Origin: Selaginella moellendorffii
Lineage: Eukaryota; Plantae; Lycopodiophyta
DNA length: 64,000 nt
Direction: 5' to 3'
Assembly: GCF_000143415.4 (NCBI RefSeq)
Contig: NW_003314294.1
Coordinates: 873,453 to 937,452 of the forward strand
Position 1 is the stretch's first letter; each line of letters begins with the position of its first letter. Shown here piece by piece: positions 58,905 through 64,000 of the stretch. Position numbers and translations under genes: made by a program. Below the pieces are notes generated by a model. It was not told the origin of the DNA, did not search any database, and saw only the letters and a list, made by a program, of their open reading frames with translations.

Positions 58905-60646
58905 TGTAAGCGACTAATTTTTCCATTCTATTTTAGTCACTTCACCGCACCTCCGACCACTTGGAGGAGTCTCATTCACAACCTCCATAAGTCCCATTCA
59001 AGACTTGGGGCTTGCTAGCCCCGAAAAAAGCATCCCTACCACTCAACCTTTGCACTTGGTCCAAGTGCTCTACGTGTCCAATCCCATGACCGACACCCCA
59101 AGATACCACTGACCTCTCAACCCATTACGCTAAGGCCATGCCCATTTAAATTAGTCACACTAGTGGTCCAACACCACTTGCATCGCAGTTCCGTCTCTCA
59201 AGACTAGGCCATCCATCCATGAGTGATCATCCCAGATCCACTCCTTAGCATCCTTAGGATGCCCCCAGATATGAGGAATAGCCTTCCCCAATATCTCTTT
59301 TCCAATCCCCACCAAGTCCCTTTTTGTCCATAGCTGTGTTTGCCAACACTGTCATTGGATCAAGGCCCACAGGCCCGACCTCTAAGTCCCACTATCCTTT
59401 GGGACTTCCTCACCATGTGACTGTATCCTTGGTCATTGCACTAGAGGATTGCTCTTCTTCCTTTTCACCGTATGAGATTTTGGGACAACATTTCGGAACA
59501 CCATGGCCTTACGCGAGCCTCATGGGTACTCTCCCCACCTTCTGCCTTTTGGTGCTCTAGCCATGGGCTTAGAGCGAGGTTCCGTTGAGCCACGCCAGGT
59601 ATCCAAGTAGGTAGTGCCACCCACACTTGGACTAGAAGCATCGACCATTCGATCTCCCGGGGGAACTAGAGCTGGCTCTTGAATACTTCACCAAGCTACC
59701 CCACTTGTCGGTCCATATTCACTCTAGTCTTAGACTTCCCAGTGGTCAGCTCATCACCCACCACGCTGCACTGCCTACACTAGCCTTTCTTGGCCAAACT
59801 GGCTCCACTGCAGTCCTCCCCCTTACTATACTTTTGGAGCTCACCAAACCCCCTAGGGTCTGGGACACAAACGCTTTGGGCTTTCACCCTCTCAAACTCG
59901 AACTCGGACTCGGACTTGGGCTCAATCTTGGCCTTGGCCTTGGTCTCGGTCTCAGTCCCGGTCCCGGTCTCGGTCTCGGTCCCAGTCTCGGTCTCGATCT
60001 CAGTCCTGGTCTCAGTCTCGATCTCGACTTCGGACTCCATCTTGGGTCCTTCTCGGACTCCATCTTGGGTCCATCTTGGACTCCATCTCGGACTCCATCT
60101 CGGGTCCATCTCGGGTCCATCTTAGACTCCATCTTGGGTCCATCTCAGGTCCATCTCGGACTCCACCTCGGGTCCACCTCAGACTCCACCTCGGGTCCAC
60201 CTCGGACTCCACGGACTCCATCTCGGACTCCATCTCGGACTCCATCTCGGGTCCATCTCGGGTCCACCTCGGACTCCACCTCAGACTCTATCTCAGACTC
60301 CACCTCGGACTCTATCTCGGACTCCATCTCAGGTCCATCTCGGGTCCACCTTGGACTCCATCTCGGACTCCATCTCGGGTCCATCTCAGACTCCGTCTCA
60401 GATCCATCTCGGACACTTCCACGTGTCATGTGTCGATCCTATTGTGTTCCTTTTCTAGAGACTCACTTATCTCTCACTTCGTGCTTGTTCGTTGAGCACT
60501 TCGTTAGGAGTTCCACTCCTGCTCTCGACCTTTATAGTCGGAGCTTTTAGTCCAAATGTGTTACGCTTGTTTGGTTTTCGCTTCGGCCACTACTACCTAG
60601 CACCCTTCTGGTTTCACTTTGAGGCCTAGGGATTTTGTGTCTCACA
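58905..60646 (-). repeat. Shared middle LTR (1742 bp)
   Basis: TGTAAG...TCTCACA termini; has a PBS on one side and a PPT on the other. Confidence 0.95.
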
Positions 60647-63600
60647 ACTCCACCACCCATAAACAAAGTTCGATGTCCTCATCAAATGATAAACCCTTTT
60701 ATAAAGTAACACCCACACGTATTACCATTTTCATCCTTGGCACCCATTCAATATTTGTCTATGGTTTGACATTGAAGGCTCACCATGCCTTGTCCATCCT
60801 CTAAGGAGCATAGTCTCTCCAATATAAAGACTTATTCGACCACCTAGGGTGGTTTGCTCCCTTTTATTGGTTCAGTTCCCGCTAAACCCGTTAGAGAAAT
60901 CTTCTCTAACTCAATTCCACTACTCATTCTCGAGTAGTCTCAGATTCCATCGACATAACCTTTGCATTTTGGAACTTTTAATTTTGACTTTTCAGAGTCA
61001 ATTTCCTAGATGTCTCTAACACCTTACATTGCACATGGTGCAACTCCACTTCCCCATCCTAGGAAGTTCCTTACTTGAGAGCACCATCATCCTCTCTTCG
61101 ATATCGTGCCACATTTGGCACTAAGTTCCAGTTATCGTAATTTGTGCTAGGGCTGTCCATTGCCCTATCATTTTGCTACTTTACCACTCCTTCCCTTGGA
61201 GCTTCCATTTTTGCCAAATCGGAGCAATTGGGAACCTATCTTTGGAAACACATTACCTTCCCATATTCCATTAGCGTCCAATACATTAGTGTTCCTGGAT
61301 TAACTTTGCCATTTGGCTTCTATCCCATGATTCCCATGGCCCTTTTTTTAGCCACTAGATTTTTGCTCCTATATTTGATTGTTGCACCAAGCAACACATG
61401 ATCGCCACCTCCATTCTCGAAGTATCCTTTCAATTCCATAGCAAAGACTTTGCTTTGCCAAGTCCAGAGGGTGTTCACCCTTAGTACGTCTTTTTAGCAT
61501 TTTCTGTTGTGGGCTCTATCACAGGCCAACTTGAGACCCCCCCATGGATCTTTTATAAAGACTACTTTCCTCGGACTTATTATGCCATCGCATTGACATA
61601 GCTCATTTCCCTTAGGTGTTCTTCCCACTTGGTCATCTTGACCAAGCCACACCATCATCAATAGTTCCAATCAACACTTTATACTTGGAACTTTATCTCT
61701 TAACCTCACAAAGACTTTGTCCTTGTTTTAGCCATAAGATCACATAGTGATCTAACCTTGGCATTTTAATAAGTTTGCCAATAGATACTAGGTCTTCCAA
61801 ACCTTTAAATTGTTCACCATGACCCCAAGAGCATCCCCCACATTTGGTGGTGCACCCAAGCTAGCCCTTCCGGCCAAGGGTCCATAGCAACTGAGACTGG
61901 GTGTCCCCATCTCATTCACCATGTCCTTGGTGCCCTTCGCACCAAAGTGTTCAAGTTAGATATGCTGAACCACACTAAGCAATCTAATCGTACATCACGA
62001 CTCCGGGGCATCCCCCACTTGGCGATATGCCCAAACTAATCTCCTTACTAAGAATCCATGACCACCGAAAAATGAGTGTCCTCATATTCCAAACTATCAC
62101 CTCACCCTAGTGAGTTGGGACTTGAACCTAAGCACTAGAGGGTCAGGACTCAAACCCAACCTCCATATATGCATCTATGGACGGCATCACACAGGATGCC
62201 TAGCGTGACTCCCCATGCCGGTGCACCAACTTATATTTAAAGCGCACTACAGATCACTGCTTAAGAACCTAGTTCCTCTGCACTGCCAAGTTTTCTCACT
62301 TGACAAGTCTGTGATCATGCATGGACTCCTTTATGCTTGGCCCCATGGGCCACCCCTTTGAAGTTGGCTCCTTCAACTAGGGCATTCGTTCCCCTGACCT
62401 GCCAATCTCACTTAGTAAGTCATCCGACCACTGTAACATGGTTCATGCATAAGCGTGAAAGTCCTTAACCATTGATTTTCGTTCAAAGCCCTCTCTTTGA
62501 ACACTCGGGAACTACTTCCTTAACCTTGATAGCCTCGCCTTTTGGCAAGCTTTAAGACCACACTTCTGCTACGCCACTTTGATTTCGCGCGCTCTATAAA
62601 CCATTTACACTTGGATGTCTAAGTACTTATCTACCTAGAGGAATGTTCAAGGAACTCTGTTCCTTAGCTTGCTAAGGTCTCTCTATTTGTAAGATTTCCA
62701 ATTGCCATATAATCTAACATGGACAATTCCATGTTTTAGACTCTCCATGGCATCATAATCGCTAGTAACAATATGCTTAAGCACCCACTTGATTTTCCAC
62801 TCCCAACTTGTATAACCACCCTTGGTCATGCCTGCCAACTCATATAGTTCAGTTCTATCTTTTTACTATTTGCCTTTTGGCTTACTTATATACATTCCCT
62901 TTGGTTATTCTTCTTTAGATTAGGAAGATAGCTTTGCACTTTGTACCATGCATTGGCAAGTATCCATAGAGATGAACCTACTTGACAACCTAAGGAGTGG
63001 TTCTTCAATTCGGGTTTGCTCACCTTATAATCCCACACACTGGGATTACCATTGCTACTTAGGGGCCTTTATATACCCATCACTAGCCTTGCCAAAATTC
63101 CTTTTTGGCTTTGTCCAATTTGGGTAGACAGACTTCTCCCGTCTCCGCAACCTTGGACATTTGGATAACACCTCCTATCCATCATTCGTTAGGGACTTTA
63201 TCCTTTAGGCATTATCCATTGCCCTCACGACACCAAATACCCCCTTCTGGTGTTCTAGAGTGCTTGGGTGTCCCATTGATAACCTCTTTGGCAATAAGCA
63301 TTCCCTTTACGACATTGATTTACTATATCGCAACATAAATAATTTATCCCCCATAAGGGTATATTTAACTTTCTTATCCCAATAAAAAGTCTTAGGTAGT
63401 TACCTTCTACCAGTTTAACTAATTATTTTACACCTTTTGCTTAGTTACTTTGTAGTTGTCAAGTCCTACAACTCATTGTTAGTGCTTCCACACTTCCATC
63501 ATTATTTGGGTCACCACACTCCAATCGCATGCCTTCCAGCTTAGGCTATGTCATTCCTATTTCCATTAGGATTCCTTTGGGAAGGGGTTTTCATAAACCC

Positions 63601-64000
63601 ACCAACTTTACCTCAAGGCATCATGTCTTGGCACATTCAGTGTCTCCACACCATCGGCTTTATAAGCCTACATTTACGACACTTCTTATTTATGTCTAGG
63701 TCTTTTACCAAGACCAATATAATTGTCTCTTATGCCAACTATCCATTAGCACTACACCATAGAGTTCATGCACAACTTTGTGTCAAAGTTGTTTTCTTTC
63801 GAGAAACTCTTTTCCATGACTTTTGCATGGCACCTTCTGCCACTAATAAAATACCCACTGTTCTCATACTTGGATCTTAAGATCCTCCCCATCCTTCATG
63901 GGGCACCACACACCTTAGTGTAAATGCTTTTACCAATCCTTTAAGATCATCCCTTGACTCTACTCGAGTCATATAGCATTTTTGGACTTGGCCAATCCAA

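Larger units (their letters stand above)
53097..64000 (-). mobile_element. Tandem non-autonomous LTR retroelement array (LTR-internal-LTR-internal, running off the window; period ~5.8 kb)
   Basis: LTRs 53097-54848 and 58905-60646. Internal 54849-58904 is repeated from 60647 (offset 5798). Minus-strand PBS TGGTATCGGAG next to 58905; PPT GGGTGGTGGAG next to both 54848 and 60646. No long coding ORF inside. Confidence 0.93.

Noticed and set aside
1-64000. tRNA, rRNA or other structured RNA genes
   Set aside because: None recognised by eye; only PBS-length tRNA complements were seen. tRNAscan-SE/Infernal would be needed to exclude them.

Overview
Eukaryotic plant nuclear DNA with very short GT-AG introns (mostly ~45-70 bp) and tightly packed genes. 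SS-motif-rich PPR genes, ciliary genes and compact intergenic spacers point to a lycophyte, most likely Selaginella (inference, not a database result). Layout: (1) 1-5200, a TE nest: a solo LTR with 5-bp TSD carrying a complete nested 598-bp TRIM, inserted in or next to a decayed Ty3/gypsy; (2) 5200-20730, a gene-dense block with three intronless PLS-class PPR genes, two PPR fragments, CFAP53, LSM8, WDR82 and SKIP31; (3) 20750-33850, an accessory block with a condensed, partly inverted FY pseudogene, a Crinkler-type P-loop NTPase + PD-(D/E)xK nuclease gene, a deleted gypsy element and a stand-alone STAND-like ATPase; (4) 33964-49204, FY/WDR33, a convergent pair of IQCE-like coiled-coil paralogs, an Arc1p/AIMP1-like tRNA-binding gene and a divergent pair of G-lectin S-domain receptor kinases; (5) 49700-64000, rearranged copia remnants followed by a tandem LTR-internal-LTR-internal non-autonomous retroelement array of the same family as the solo LTR. 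The best candidate for an undescribed system is the set of Crinkler-like NTPase/REase genes (one near-intact, one decayed nuclease, one ATPase-only) and their association with the FY duplication. All gene models were spliced by eye and are unverified.
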